Shown here: positions 10,256 through 20,151 of the stretch, piece after piece
Layout: each line of letters starts with the position of its first letter
How positions within the stretch are numbered: position 1 is the first letter of the stretch
Assembly (NCBI RefSeq): GCF_000008385.1
Contig: NC_006833.1
Span: forward strand, 1,048,085 to 1,080,084
From: Wolbachia endosymbiont strain TRS of Brugia malayi
GTDB lineage: Bacteria; Pseudomonadota; Alphaproteobacteria; Rickettsiales; Anaplasmataceae
Reading direction: 5' to 3'
DNA length: 32,000 nucleotides
Translations under genes and position numbers: made by a program
The notes under the pieces: model-generated
The model's input: the letters and a program-made list of their open reading frames with translations, nothing else
Database searches by the model: none
Told to the model about the DNA's origin: nothing

Positions 10256-12669
10256 GACGGACCGCTGCCTCCTCCTGTAGGTATTCTAGGTACTGGAGCC
10301 CTTTGCGGTATTTGGGCTTTTTGGCTTGGTGCACCTGATTGTTGAGGAGCACCCCCTTCTTCGCTTCTTTCTCTTCTTTGAACGCTTTCCTCGTCTAACC
10401 CTACTGTTCTCATAAAACTCTGTTGATATTGTTTTCCAGGTTCACTCATTACATAAACACTAAATAATGAGTCGGATATTTTCGAAGAAGCTTCAACTAA
10501 GGCTTTCATAGCGTGACCCAGGATAACAAAAGCCATCATAGCAGTGATGTTAGGTGTATACTTGGAAGCATACCCGTAGAAAATACAAGATTCAAAAATT
10601 TTTAGGTTGATACTAAGTATACATGTAGAACAGACTTCAAAATCAAACACTGAATATATGATGTAATCCATAACTTGAGTTATTAATGATATAGAAATTA
10701 AAAGCACTACTGGATGAATCGCAAATCTTGCCAAGTGTTTGACCCAGTTGCGAAACATCTGCCTAGTGTACGCAAATAGAAGGCAAATAATAAAGAAAGG
10801 TGCTAAAGATAGTAATAGCACAACTATTGCTATGGATGTAATAAAAGAAAATAGGGCATTAAAAATAGATGAGCTCACTGTTATTAAACCCCAAATCACC
10901 AAACAGAAAGATACAATGCCCAAAGGGCCAGAAAATATAAGAGATACTATTAACAACACTGAATGTGATGATAAAAATCTATTTAATGGTAAATCAAGAA
11001 ACTCAAAAACATTTGATGTTGTACCCCTGAAGTTTGCTATTTCTATTAAATGTTTTGGAATGTTAATAAAAATAGAAAATGCATTATTATAGAAAAAATT
11101 CCAACTATCATCCCGCAACAACTGGGTAATAATTCCTATCTTTACGCATATAATTAAAAATTCATATATAGAAATATGAGATAACCCAAAGAAGTAATAA
11201 AGGGTATATAAGATTATATACAATACTAACAGCGATACTATTGTAGATCTAATGGTTTTTGTCTTGCCCAATGATATGAAACTCTGGTAAAGAGCCTTGC
11301 CAAGGCTAGTATCAGAATGAATTGCGTCAGGGTCTTTGTAGTTAGAGCCAAAAAACGTAGTCTTTACTTTCTCATCAAAAAAATTATATATTGCACTGAA
11401 GGTTTTTATAGGTGGCTCTTTGATTGTCAAGTTGATGCTAAATTGACCTTCATTTTTCTTATAATCGCAACCTTGATCTCTTATTCCGTAATATATGATG
11501 CCGCTTTTGCCTTTTAATTTTCCTTTTAAGTCTTCCATATACTGAGTATCATGAACTCCACTAACATCCACAGGTATATCCTCCTGATTTTCACCAGGAT
11601 TATGCTCAGGAAGTTTGTCAGAAATGCGTATATATAAGTTATTTTTTAGGCTATGTTTTTTTGTTACTCTTATGTTGAAACCACCCTTGCCACTGCTATC
11701 ACCTAACCTAAAAGTTAATTTTGGTACTGGATGATCATTATCTATTTTGTAATCACAATTAGTACATATGCCACCTGTTGGAACGGGTTCAAATTTTTCA
11801 CCATCCATATTAATACTTAATAATGCAATATCAGTTTTTATCTGCTTTTCCTTTAGTATTTTACTAATAGCTTCAACATCAATAGATTTACCACTAGTAC
11901 TATTAATGGACTGGAATATCTTACCTTCTATACTATTGTATTCAACATACACACAACCTTTGTTTTCGTTGCCAGAAGCAAATTTACATATACGTCCGCA
12001 GAGTAAATTTAAAATGCGCGCATCTATCCCACCTTTCTGATCATTTGAAAGACTACTGCAGTCTATGTTTTCTCCTTGCCTTATAGAGTTGATAATATTT
12101 TTAATTTCCTCCTCATCTTGATCTAACTTCGAAAAATTTGGATTCCAGTACTCTTTTCCGCTTAACCATTGTAGGTTGCCTACAATATATTTATTAGGAC
12201 ATATTGTATACTGATATTTTTCACCCTGCCATATTGCCTGACATTCATTTTGATTTAAAACATGTGCAAAATATTCTGTTTCTTGCTCTCTACACTTTTC
12301 ATCGATTTTTATATACCTGATTGTATCATCTTTTTTGTCTTTACACACTTTACTTCCAATGACACTGAAGCTTATCGAATCACCTGCTTTAAGCGCAAAT
12401 GGTAATGTACGTGGGACTATACCATTATCTATTTCAGGACTAATTGCAAAATCTTCATACTGGGGACAAAAATTAACCTTGCTAGGCACTATACTAATTT
12501 CCGTTACTTTTATTCTATCTGAAATGTAAACACCAGAGTCGACCCACTTCTGTTGCGTCGAAACTATATCTAATTTTTCGCGCAAGCTTGATAAGCTCTC
12601 TGGTTTGATACAGCGATCTTCACAACCAGATAACAAAAAGAGTACTAATATCAACAAAAACTTATGCAT
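10252..12669 (-). CDS. virB6-2: VirB6-like T4SS inner-membrane protein, second paralog (805 aa), with a predicted lipoprotein signal
   Basis: Core motif LLSLAPFFIICLLFAYTRQMFRNWVKHLARFAIHPVVLL. N-terminal lipobox LLSGC. Its 3' end overlaps the virB6-3 start by 4 bp. Confidence 0.87.
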   Translation of the reverse strand: MHKFLLILVLFLLSGCEDRCIKPESLSSLREKLDIVSTQQKWVDSGVYISDRIKVTEISIVPSKVNFCPQYEDFAISPEIDNGIVPRTLPFALKAGDSISFSVIGSKVCKDKKDDTIRYIKIDEKCREQETEYFAHVLNQNECQAIWQGEKYQYTICPNKYIVGNLQWLSGKEYWNPNFSKLDQDEEEIKNIINSIRQGENIDCSSLSNDQKGGIDARILNLLCGRICKFASGNENKGCVYVEYNSIEGKIFQSINSTSGKSIDVEAISKILKEKQIKTDIALLSINMDGEKFEPVPTGGICTNCDYKIDNDHPVPKLTFRLGDSSGKGGFNIRVTKKHSLKNNLYIRISDKLPEHNPGENQEDIPVDVSGVHDTQYMEDLKGKLKGKSGIIYYGIRDQGCDYKKNEGQFSINLTIKEPPIKTFSAIYNFFDEKVKTTFFGSNYKDPDAIHSDTSLGKALYQSFISLGKTKTIRSTIVSLLVLYIILYTLYYFFGLSHISIYEFLIICVKIGIITQLLRDDSWNFFYNNAFSIFINIPKHLIEIANFRGTTSNVFEFLDLPLNRFLSSHSVLLIVSLIFSGPLGIVSFCLVIWGLITVSSSIFNALFSFITSIAIVVLLLSLAPFFIICLLFAYTRQMFRNWVKHLARFAIHPVVLLISISLITQVMDYIIYSVFDFEVCSTCILSINLKIFESCIFYGYASKYTPNITAMMAFVILGHAMKALVEASSKISDSLFSVYVMSEPGKQYQQSFMRTVGLDEESVQRRERSEEGGAPQQSGAPSQKAQIPQRAPVPRIPTGGGSGPS

Positions 12670-12719
12670 AGCTTACCAAGTTCTGGTTACTTAAATATTT
12701 AAGCATTTGTTACCCATCT

Positions 12720-15344
12720 TTAACTTTCAGTAGAGTTAGCAGCTTCACTGGCAGCACTCTGTGCAGCGTCAGCAGTACCTCTAATAGCTTCTCCAGTAGC
12801 ATTAGCAGCTTCAGAACCGACAGTTGCAGGGGATCGTCCACTTTTATCATCAGCATTTCCAGATGCAAGAGCTCTAGAGTCATCCCTTGCCTTCTGAGCT
12901 TCTTTAGCAGCTCCAGCAGCATCTCCGGAATGAGCTTTACCAACAGCTCCAGCAATAGCCTTAGCTACAGAGAAAGCTTTGGACATCATTTTTCCAGGTG
13001 TAGCACCAGAACCGAGTGCCGCCCTGTGATTACCAGAAAGTTCTGCAGCCATATCAGGAAGGATGTTTAAGAAGTGATAAAACAGGAACAGTATTAGAGC
13101 TAATTTTAATAATTCTCCGATGAGAGAATTACCAAACTCCATGTATGTAAAATCAAATAGACCAAGTATGTTGCTCTTCTCCCATTTGTAATTTTGCATC
13201 ATGCATGCAAGAGTATTTTCATTTTTATCACATTCACCACTTTTCAACTTAAACCACTGTTTTTCGTTGCCTAATATTTTTATCTTTTCTTCTTTTTCAA
13301 AATGTAAATTTTTAAAATAGATTTTATCACATGCTATGAACATAAAGGACAAAAACGCAAAAAGCATAACTGGGTATAGGCTATAGGTAATCAATTCTCT
13401 TAGCCACCCATCGAAATACCCTTTAGTGTGTTGGAATAAAACCATAGGGATAAACAAGGGTGATAAAATGATGATTATGCTTAAAGCAATGAGGGATAGG
13501 ATAAACACATAGCACATCCATAAAATAACCATCATCATCATAATAGCCATGAATATAGCGACAAGGGCTACTAAAATTTGTCCACCAGCGCAAATAATAC
13601 CGATTACTGAACCTGCAACTAACAAGGCAGGAGCAGCACCTAGTAAGATAGCCAATATTCCTACATCTCCAGTACCAATTTTGCCAGCAATTCCATCCAA
13701 AGGTGCACCTAGATAAAATAAAATTCTACAATCAAGCCTATCCCAGGGTGCGAGATAACTGTAATTTGTTGTATCATTTTTGTAATCCTTCGCTTCATAA
13801 TTACATATACCTTTACTTTCAGATGACGCTTTTAATACTATCTCTGATAAACCATTTGAAAGCTTTGTTAATTCTCCATAATAATGAGACATGGTATTGC
13901 CTGTTGTGAAGTAAATCACTAAAGCAAATTTAATGATCAACATATACATTTCTTGAGGACTATGAACTCCACCAGACATAGCTTTTATAGAGAACAATAT
14001 TAAAGCTAAAACCAAAACAGCAGTGATGGTGTTCTTCAGCCTTTCCTGTGCTACAGATATAAAGCTTTCACCATTTGGTGTACCTTTACCTGCAACTAAA
14101 TTATCTAACGATTCCTTAATGCATTGCACTATCATAGAAGTTATAGGAATAGGAGCTAATGATTTACTTCCGGCCTGATTGTGGCAAGCTTCAGAGACAT
14201 ACGAGCTGAAACAGCCTTTATTGTCGTAACCTACAAAAATTTCCTTTTTTTCTTCCCTTTCCCTTATTAGAGTTTTGTAATCTTTACTCTCATTTCCTTT
14301 AAGAAGGTCCTTAATAGGGTTTGGGTCTGTGATAATTATGCCACCCTTATTTTTAAATTTCATCTTAGATTCATCACACATAGGGGCAAGTGGGTCAGGT
14401 GGCAACTCTGTACATCCCATATCAACTCCTTGCGGCCAGGGAGTCATTGAGATGCCAAGCGTACTAATACTGGCTAACTCTACACACAACCTGCCCATCT
14501 TTCTTAGTGCTTTAAATGTTGACCCATGTATGGTTTTACTCTGTCCAGCTTTGAGGACTTTACAGTCTAGGTCGCCGTCAACTTTTGGAGACCATGATCC
14601 ATCTACATATCCAGTATCTTTTTCCCTGACATCAAAGTTTATATACTTATCTTCCCCTCTGCGATCGAAATCTTCCTTTTTAAAAAGATTACCAAATGTT
14701 AAGGGGTTTCGATGACATACTTCTATATATTCACTATACTGCACACTATTTTTTGGCCAGTAATAATTTCCTGTATTGTTCTGAACATTGGGGTTCAAAG
14801 CTTCTCTTTCTGCTCTTTTTCTATCGTAGTCTTCTTTGTTTGCGTTTTTCCGAGTTTTATTTTGCAAACAAGAAAAATACTCATCTTCTTTTTGATAATT
14901 CTTATTAGTACAATCCGCATACCCTCCATCTAATAGTGCAAAGTCCTTATATTCCCCATCATGATCGCGCGCAACTGGATGTCTAACAAAACTATGCTCA
15001 CAAACAACAAGTCCTCCTATCGCTTTCCAGACCCCAACAATTGCAGCTATCATTCCAACGATAACAAGAGCAGTAAATAAGCCAGAGGAAGAGAAGATCA
15101 AAACAATGCCAGTCCATACTGCACCAACGGCAATTGCTATTCCTGCAATAGCTGCAGCTGTTTTAAAAGCCCCACAGTCAGGGTTAGAGGCGCGACTAAA
15201 GCTGCCAGCAGAACTAAATCTGCTAACAAATTCCGTCTTGTCAGTACCACTTACTCCGTCTGCAAATACTGGACATGAGAGTAAAAAATCTATATTTAGT
15301 AAAAATACTGCAATTAATAGCAATGACAGCTTAGTCTTAAACAT
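12720..15344 (-). CDS. virB6-1: VirB6 T4SS inner-membrane protein, first paralog (874 aa), with an Ala-rich C-terminal tail
   Basis: Core motif IIILSPLFIPMVLFQHTKGYFDGWLRELITYSLYPVMLFAF. Overlaps the virB4 3' end by 8 bp. Hydrophobic N-terminal signal. Confidence 0.9.
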   Translation of the reverse strand: MFKTKLSLLLIAVFLLNIDFLLSCPVFADGVSGTDKTEFVSRFSSAGSFSRASNPDCGAFKTAAAIAGIAIAVGAVWTGIVLIFSSSGLFTALVIVGMIAAIVGVWKAIGGLVVCEHSFVRHPVARDHDGEYKDFALLDGGYADCTNKNYQKEDEYFSCLQNKTRKNANKEDYDRKRAEREALNPNVQNNTGNYYWPKNSVQYSEYIEVCHRNPLTFGNLFKKEDFDRRGEDKYINFDVREKDTGYVDGSWSPKVDGDLDCKVLKAGQSKTIHGSTFKALRKMGRLCVELASISTLGISMTPWPQGVDMGCTELPPDPLAPMCDESKMKFKNKGGIIITDPNPIKDLLKGNESKDYKTLIREREEKKEIFVGYDNKGCFSSYVSEACHNQAGSKSLAPIPITSMIVQCIKESLDNLVAGKGTPNGESFISVAQERLKNTITAVLVLALILFSIKAMSGGVHSPQEMYMLIIKFALVIYFTTGNTMSHYYGELTKLSNGLSEIVLKASSESKGICNYEAKDYKNDTTNYSYLAPWDRLDCRILFYLGAPLDGIAGKIGTGDVGILAILLGAAPALLVAGSVIGIICAGGQILVALVAIFMAIMMMMVILWMCYVFILSLIALSIIIILSPLFIPMVLFQHTKGYFDGWLRELITYSLYPVMLFAFLSFMFIACDKIYFKNLHFEKEEKIKILGNEKQWFKLKSGECDKNENTLACMMQNYKWEKSNILGLFDFTYMEFGNSLIGELLKLALILFLFYHFLNILPDMAAELSGNHRAALGSGATPGKMMSKAFSVAKAIAGAVGKAHSGDAAGAAKEAQKARDDSRALASGNADDKSGRSPATVGSEAANATGEAIRGTADAAQSAASEAANSTES

Positions 15345-17742
15345 TTTTTACCTTCTGATAAAATATAGGCAACCATACTTTTGGGTCATCCCCGACTTCT
15401 TTTAATATATCATGTAACAGTATGACACTCTCTGCACGTCCAGATAATACGTTAACTATATCATCTAAACCTTTTAAGTCTATTCTAGCTACCACAGCAT
15501 TAATCCCTTGTTTTACCAAAAAAAATCTAGTACTTGGATCTGTGTGCTTGATTAGTATGTACTCGCGTTCAGTTAACATAAAAACATTCCGATAGATACT
15601 AGTAGCTTTTAGATTTGGCAAAAAAATCTGTGTTGCCGTTTGCTGTACAAGTGTATCACTAATAGCACTTTTACTTGCATCTTCAACGCTCTGAGTAGCA
15701 AAAACCACAAAAGCATTTAATTTTCTCAGCACTTTCAACCAGTCCTTTATCTTAGGTGCAAAAACTGGATTATCTATTAATGCCCACGCCTCATCAAGGA
15801 CGATAATAGATGGAGTGCCATCAAGAGATATACTAATCCTGTGAAATAAATAAATCAAGACCGGCCCAAGAGCAATGGGATCTTTGAGCAAGCTAGCCAT
15901 TTCAAAGCCAAATACTCTTGCTTTTGAAAAATCTAGCAAATCTTCTTTATTATCAAATATTGCAGCATGAGAGCCATTACCATGCCACATAGATATCGCT
16001 CCAGCTAGAGTATCAGAACCTGCAAGCCCTAAAAATGGTACTAGGTTTCTTAAGAATCTGTCTTCTTTTCTTAATTTAAAATTTCCCTCAATTGCATCAT
16101 TAACTCGTGTAATATCTTCAGAAGTGAATTTATCATTATATACTGAAATTAAAGACTTTATCCACTCCATTAAGAAGGTTCTATTGTCAGGAGTATCGTC
16201 AAGTTGTAGGGGATTAAAATTCGTCTTAGTTCTTGGTTCTATCAGAGTATAAATACCACCAAGTGCTCTTAGGAAAATCTCCGCACCGCGGTCTTTGTCA
16301 AAAAAGAATATTCTTGGAGAAAATTTCATTGCTTGGGCACATAGGAAATTCATTAAAACAGTTTTACCAGCACCAGTTGGACCAATTATCATAGTATGTC
16401 CAACGTCCCTTATGTGAAAGTTGAAGAAAAATGGAGTGCCAGATGTTGTGTCAAAGACTGTTACAGCATCTCCCCAGTGGTTATTGAATTTATTACCGGT
16501 AGGATAATTATGTTGGGATACAAAGCCAGCCAAATTAAGACTGCTTATCGTACCTTTTCTCACTATATAGTCAAAATTACCAGGAACTTGTGCCCAAAAT
16601 GCCGGTTCAAGGTTAACTTTTTCACGGATAGGGTAAACACCGCAATTAGAAAGCTCAGACTCTACAAATGATAAAGCATTATCCAATGATTTGGGGCTTT
16701 TTTCTATACATAAGATAGTTAAGTGATGTTCACCGAATACAATTCTACCACTCATTGCATCATCAAGTGCATGAGAAATTTCTGCGATTTGAGAAATAGC
16801 TTTATCTGCAGATTGTATCATCCGATTTTGCTGTATCTGCATTTTGGCAATTGCCATTTGTCTATTTGTAAACTGGAAAGACTGTGTAATAATAAATTCA
16901 TAAGGAAGCTGCAAAAAGTGGTCAAGCATTCCTGCAGAAGTATTATTTCCATATTCTTTGATACTAACTATTCCAGCGTATTTACTTTCATTATGAGTTA
17001 CAACCTGTATCATCTTACGGCCAAAAAATAACCTATGTACCGGTAAGTATCTTGATATTTCAGTTTTTAGCGGAAGGAGTGTGTTTGTAATGAAGCCACA
17101 ATTTACGATCCTAGATAGGAATTCCATTATTTCACAGAACAGACCATTTGGGGTTTCTTTTACTCCAAGAATTTTGGGCGAATAACTTCTAAGGTTTGTC
17201 ATTACGCGGTTCGTTGTTTCTTCTAAATCTTCATAGGTAGCACGCATATCGCTTTCCCAAGCATGTTTTGAAGTTACATGTCCAAATTTCTTTAGTAGAT
17301 GCGATAAAAATTCTACTCCTTTTGTGTCTGCTCTACGAATAATTGTAATATATAGATCATTAATAAATGACTGCCTTGTTGCGTGTTTCTCTCTCCATTT
17401 TAAATTTACGTGGTTAGCAAAAAAGTTTGGAAAATTTTGACTTGCAAACTCATCAGAAAAAATATTTTTTTTACGTCTGATAGTATGAAAATATAGACCA
17501 AACGCTGGAGATGAAATGCTTCTCAGCATCTGATTTCTGATATTGTTTTGTATTACCAGATCTTCGTCATCGGCTGTTTCAAATGCAAAGCCGCTTAACT
17601 TGATGAACTTAACTAACCAATCTTGTTTCGTTATCAAGGTTGTACTATTCCAATAGCAAGAATAAGGAATAAATTCAGCAGCGTGAACTTCCCTGCTTAG
17701 AATAGACTTATTCTTTGATTGAATGGCTCTGAATTTCAACAT
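15337..17742 (-). CDS. virB4: Type IV secretion ATPase VirB4
   Basis: Walker A MIIGPTGAGKTVLMNFL, Walker B-like SIIVLDEAWALIDNP, and 801 aa length typical of VirB4/CagE. Confidence 0.96.
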   Translation of the reverse strand: MLKFRAIQSKNKSILSREVHAAEFIPYSCYWNSTTLITKQDWLVKFIKLSGFAFETADDEDLVIQNNIRNQMLRSISSPAFGLYFHTIRRKKNIFSDEFASQNFPNFFANHVNLKWREKHATRQSFINDLYITIIRRADTKGVEFLSHLLKKFGHVTSKHAWESDMRATYEDLEETTNRVMTNLRSYSPKILGVKETPNGLFCEIMEFLSRIVNCGFITNTLLPLKTEISRYLPVHRLFFGRKMIQVVTHNESKYAGIVSIKEYGNNTSAGMLDHFLQLPYEFIITQSFQFTNRQMAIAKMQIQQNRMIQSADKAISQIAEISHALDDAMSGRIVFGEHHLTILCIEKSPKSLDNALSFVESELSNCGVYPIREKVNLEPAFWAQVPGNFDYIVRKGTISSLNLAGFVSQHNYPTGNKFNNHWGDAVTVFDTTSGTPFFFNFHIRDVGHTMIIGPTGAGKTVLMNFLCAQAMKFSPRIFFFDKDRGAEIFLRALGGIYTLIEPRTKTNFNPLQLDDTPDNRTFLMEWIKSLISVYNDKFTSEDITRVNDAIEGNFKLRKEDRFLRNLVPFLGLAGSDTLAGAISMWHGNGSHAAIFDNKEDLLDFSKARVFGFEMASLLKDPIALGPVLIYLFHRISISLDGTPSIIVLDEAWALIDNPVFAPKIKDWLKVLRKLNAFVVFATQSVEDASKSAISDTLVQQTATQIFLPNLKATSIYRNVFMLTEREYILIKHTDPSTRFFLVKQGINAVVARIDLKGLDDIVNVLSGRAESVILLHDILKEVGDDPKVWLPIFYQKVKNV

Positions 17743-17751
17743 TGCATAACA

Positions 17752-18078
17752 TTAAGTAATGTCGTAAGAATTGGCTCCATAGTAAAAACGATTCAAACAT
17801 TTAGAGCATTTTCCTAATTTTACCATAAATAATTCAATAAACAACGGTTCTTTTGCAGAAGCTATATAACCAAGTCCATGTATCCCTGGTAACATCAAAA
17901 GAATTATTCTAAGATCGTTTGAGTTGATAAAAATTAACATACAAATTAGAACGTTTAGTATTGCAAACATGTAACTCACACCAAAAAGCATTGCAGGTCG
18001 TGTAAGACCTTTAAATAACTGATCTGTTTGTATGCTGCCTGTGGACATATATACCCTTCTCACTAATAGCTCTAACAC
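17752..18078 (-). CDS. virB3: Type IV secretion protein VirB3 (real start probably MSTGSIQTDQLFKGLTRPAML at about 18048)
   Basis: Small two-TM protein with LFKGLTRPAMLFGV, directly upstream of virB4. Confidence 0.88.
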   Translation of the reverse strand: MLELLVRRVYMSTGSIQTDQLFKGLTRPAMLFGVSYMFAILNVLICMLIFINSNDLRIILLMLPGIHGLGYIASAKEPLFIELFMVKLGKCSKCLNRFYYGANSYDIT

Positions 18079-18111
18079 TAATACTACATCATTAATTAAA
18101 AATCCATTGAA

Positions 18112-19686
18112 ATGAGCGGTATTTTAGGTAAGATGATTAATTTAATCTTAATGATAAGCTGGCCGTTTCAGGAAGTAGAAAAGGTATTGCAAGAATTTCC
18201 TGATAAAAAAGAGATAATATTTGAGACTGGCTACGGGCCTTCGGGTTTGCCGCATATTGGTACTTTTGGAGAAGTCTTCCGTACTACAGTTGTTGCAAAT
18301 GCACTGAAAAAAATAGCTCCTGAAATAAAAACCAAAATTATTGCAGTTTCCGACGATATGGACGGTTTGCGGAAAATACCAGATAATATACCAAATCAGG
18401 AAATGCTAAGAGAACATTTAAACAAGCCGTTGACTATGATACCTGACCCATTTGGCACTCATGAAAGTTATGGCCATCATATGAATTCGCTGTTGTGTAA
18501 GTTTCTTGATCTATTCGAGTTCGAATACGAATTTAGAAGTGCTACAGAGTGTTACAAGTCTGGTATTTACGATGAAAAACTTTTGCTCCTGCTGAAAAAT
18601 TACGATAAAGTGATGGATATAATGCTTCCATCATTCCGAGAAGAAAGACAGCAGACATATAGTCCATTTTTGCCTATATGTCTGGAAACTTCTCAAGTTT
18701 TACAAGTTTCAGTAATTGAAAGGAATACAGATAAAGGAACAATCACATACAAGGACCAAAATGGAGAAAAAATAGAAATCCCGGTGACAAAAGGCAGATG
18801 TAAATTGCAATGGAAACCGGATTGGGGAATGAGATGGGCCGCATTTGGAGTCAATTATGAAGCTCATGGCAAAGATTTGACTCCATCTGCTGTGCTTTCA
18901 AGTCAAATATGTAAAATACTTGGAGAAAAGCCACCGCTTTTGTTTTGCTATGAGTTTTTCCTTGATAAAGAAGGAAAGAAGATATCAAAATCAAAAGGAA
19001 ATGGCATTTCAATTGAGAAGTGGTTAACTTATGCACCAACAGAGAGCTTAGCGTTATACATTTTTCAGAGCCCTAAAAAAGCTAAACGTCTATATTTTGA
19101 TGTAATACCAAAATCAACTGATGAATATTTAGAGTTTGTTAAGCGTTACAATGAAGGCAAAGAGAAGGATATAAATAATCCTGCCTGGCATATCCACCAG
19201 AGTAAAGTTCCAAACGTGGAAACTTCAGGTATAAATTTCTCATTGCTCTTAAACCTAGCAGCAGCTTGTAACGCTAAAAACAAAGAGATTCTTTGGGGTT
19301 TTATATCCACTTATACACCGAACGTTACACCAGAAAGTAATAAGATGCTAGACAGGCTTTCAGATTTTGCAGTTAGATATTATCACGACTTTGTTAAGCC
19401 AACAAAAGCATATAAAGCTCCAAATGAAAAAGAGAAAGAAGCGTTACTAGATCTAAAGAACATCCTGCATTCCCTGCCTATTACAGCCACTGCTGAAGAA
19501 ATTCAATCTCAGATCTTTTCCATTGGGAAAAAACACAATTACAACAATTTACGTGATTGGTTTCAGTTGCTGTATGAAACGCTACTTGGCCAAAAAACCG
19601 GCCCAAGAATGGGATCTTTTATTAAACTTTATGGAGTAAATAATACAATTTCTCTTATAGACAGTGCTATTGGACGTACACTTTAG
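18112..19686 (+). CDS. lysS: Lysyl-tRNA synthetase, class I type (LysRS1)
   Basis: HIGH-type signature GYGPSGLPHIGTFGEVFRTT and KMSKS-type KKISKSKGNGIS place it in class I rather than class II. Confidence 0.93.
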   Translation: MSGILGKMINLILMISWPFQEVEKVLQEFPDKKEIIFETGYGPSGLPHIGTFGEVFRTTVVANALKKIAPEIKTKIIAVSDDMDGLRKIPDNIPNQEMLREHLNKPLTMIPDPFGTHESYGHHMNSLLCKFLDLFEFEYEFRSATECYKSGIYDEKLLLLLKNYDKVMDIMLPSFREERQQTYSPFLPICLETSQVLQVSVIERNTDKGTITYKDQNGEKIEIPVTKGRCKLQWKPDWGMRWAAFGVNYEAHGKDLTPSAVLSSQICKILGEKPPLLFCYEFFLDKEGKKISKSKGNGISIEKWLTYAPTESLALYIFQSPKKAKRLYFDVIPKSTDEYLEFVKRYNEGKEKDINNPAWHIHQSKVPNVETSGINFSLLLNLAAACNAKNKEILWGFISTYTPNVTPESNKMLDRLSDFAVRYYHDFVKPTKAYKAPNEKEKEALLDLKNILHSLPITATAEEIQSQIFSIGKKHNYNNLRDWFQLLYETLLGQKTGPRMGSFIKLYGVNNTISLIDSAIGRTL

Positions 19687-19727
19687 AGTTCTTTATTTTA
19701 TTCTAGTTTTTTATTGAATATAAAAGA

Positions 19728-20151
19728 CCATTTTACAGGCCTTAAGAACCCTTATATGGGGATGTTTTAGACCTAAAATTTATCCTTAATCTTTATTTAA
19801 GTGACAAAAGCACATTATTAAACTAGGTGTGTTATGTTTAATTTTTCTTATATAGACACTCCATGTCTTTATAAATTTTTATCTACGTTAGCTGAATCTC
19901 GCTTATTAAGTAATGTAATAAGCGCCAAGTTTTTGAGAGAACAGTAAACAACTCACATTGCATTGTTCTTTTTGTCTTTATTTAAGAATTAGTTCAAAAA
20001 TCAACTAATCTTCTTTTTTTATAAAGAAATTATTTGAAAAACTTCTGCATTACCCTTATCGTGACGTTATGGATATTTATAATTCCAAGGTTGACTACTT
20101 ACCAAGCATATAAGACATTAATGTCAAGTTCCTACAAGAGATATCACTAGG
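19728..20151 (+). repeat. Left arm of a ~424 bp inverted repeat (partner 30356..30779)
   Basis: Reverse complement of 30356..30779. Both ends map with a constant coordinate sum (50507) and the segments compared by eye are identical. Confidence 0.92.

Noticed and set aside
12710-12955. 81 aa Leu-rich minus-strand ORF
   Set aside because: Out-of-frame reading of the Ala-rich (GCT/GCA) C-terminal tail of VirB6-1. The Leu richness follows from the frame shift, so it is not an independent gene.
13703-16671. Plus-strand ORFs inside virB6-1 and virB4 (13703..13909, 14329..14715, 14696..14933, 15106..15405, 16396..16671)
   Set aside because: Antisense shadows of well-supported coding genes.
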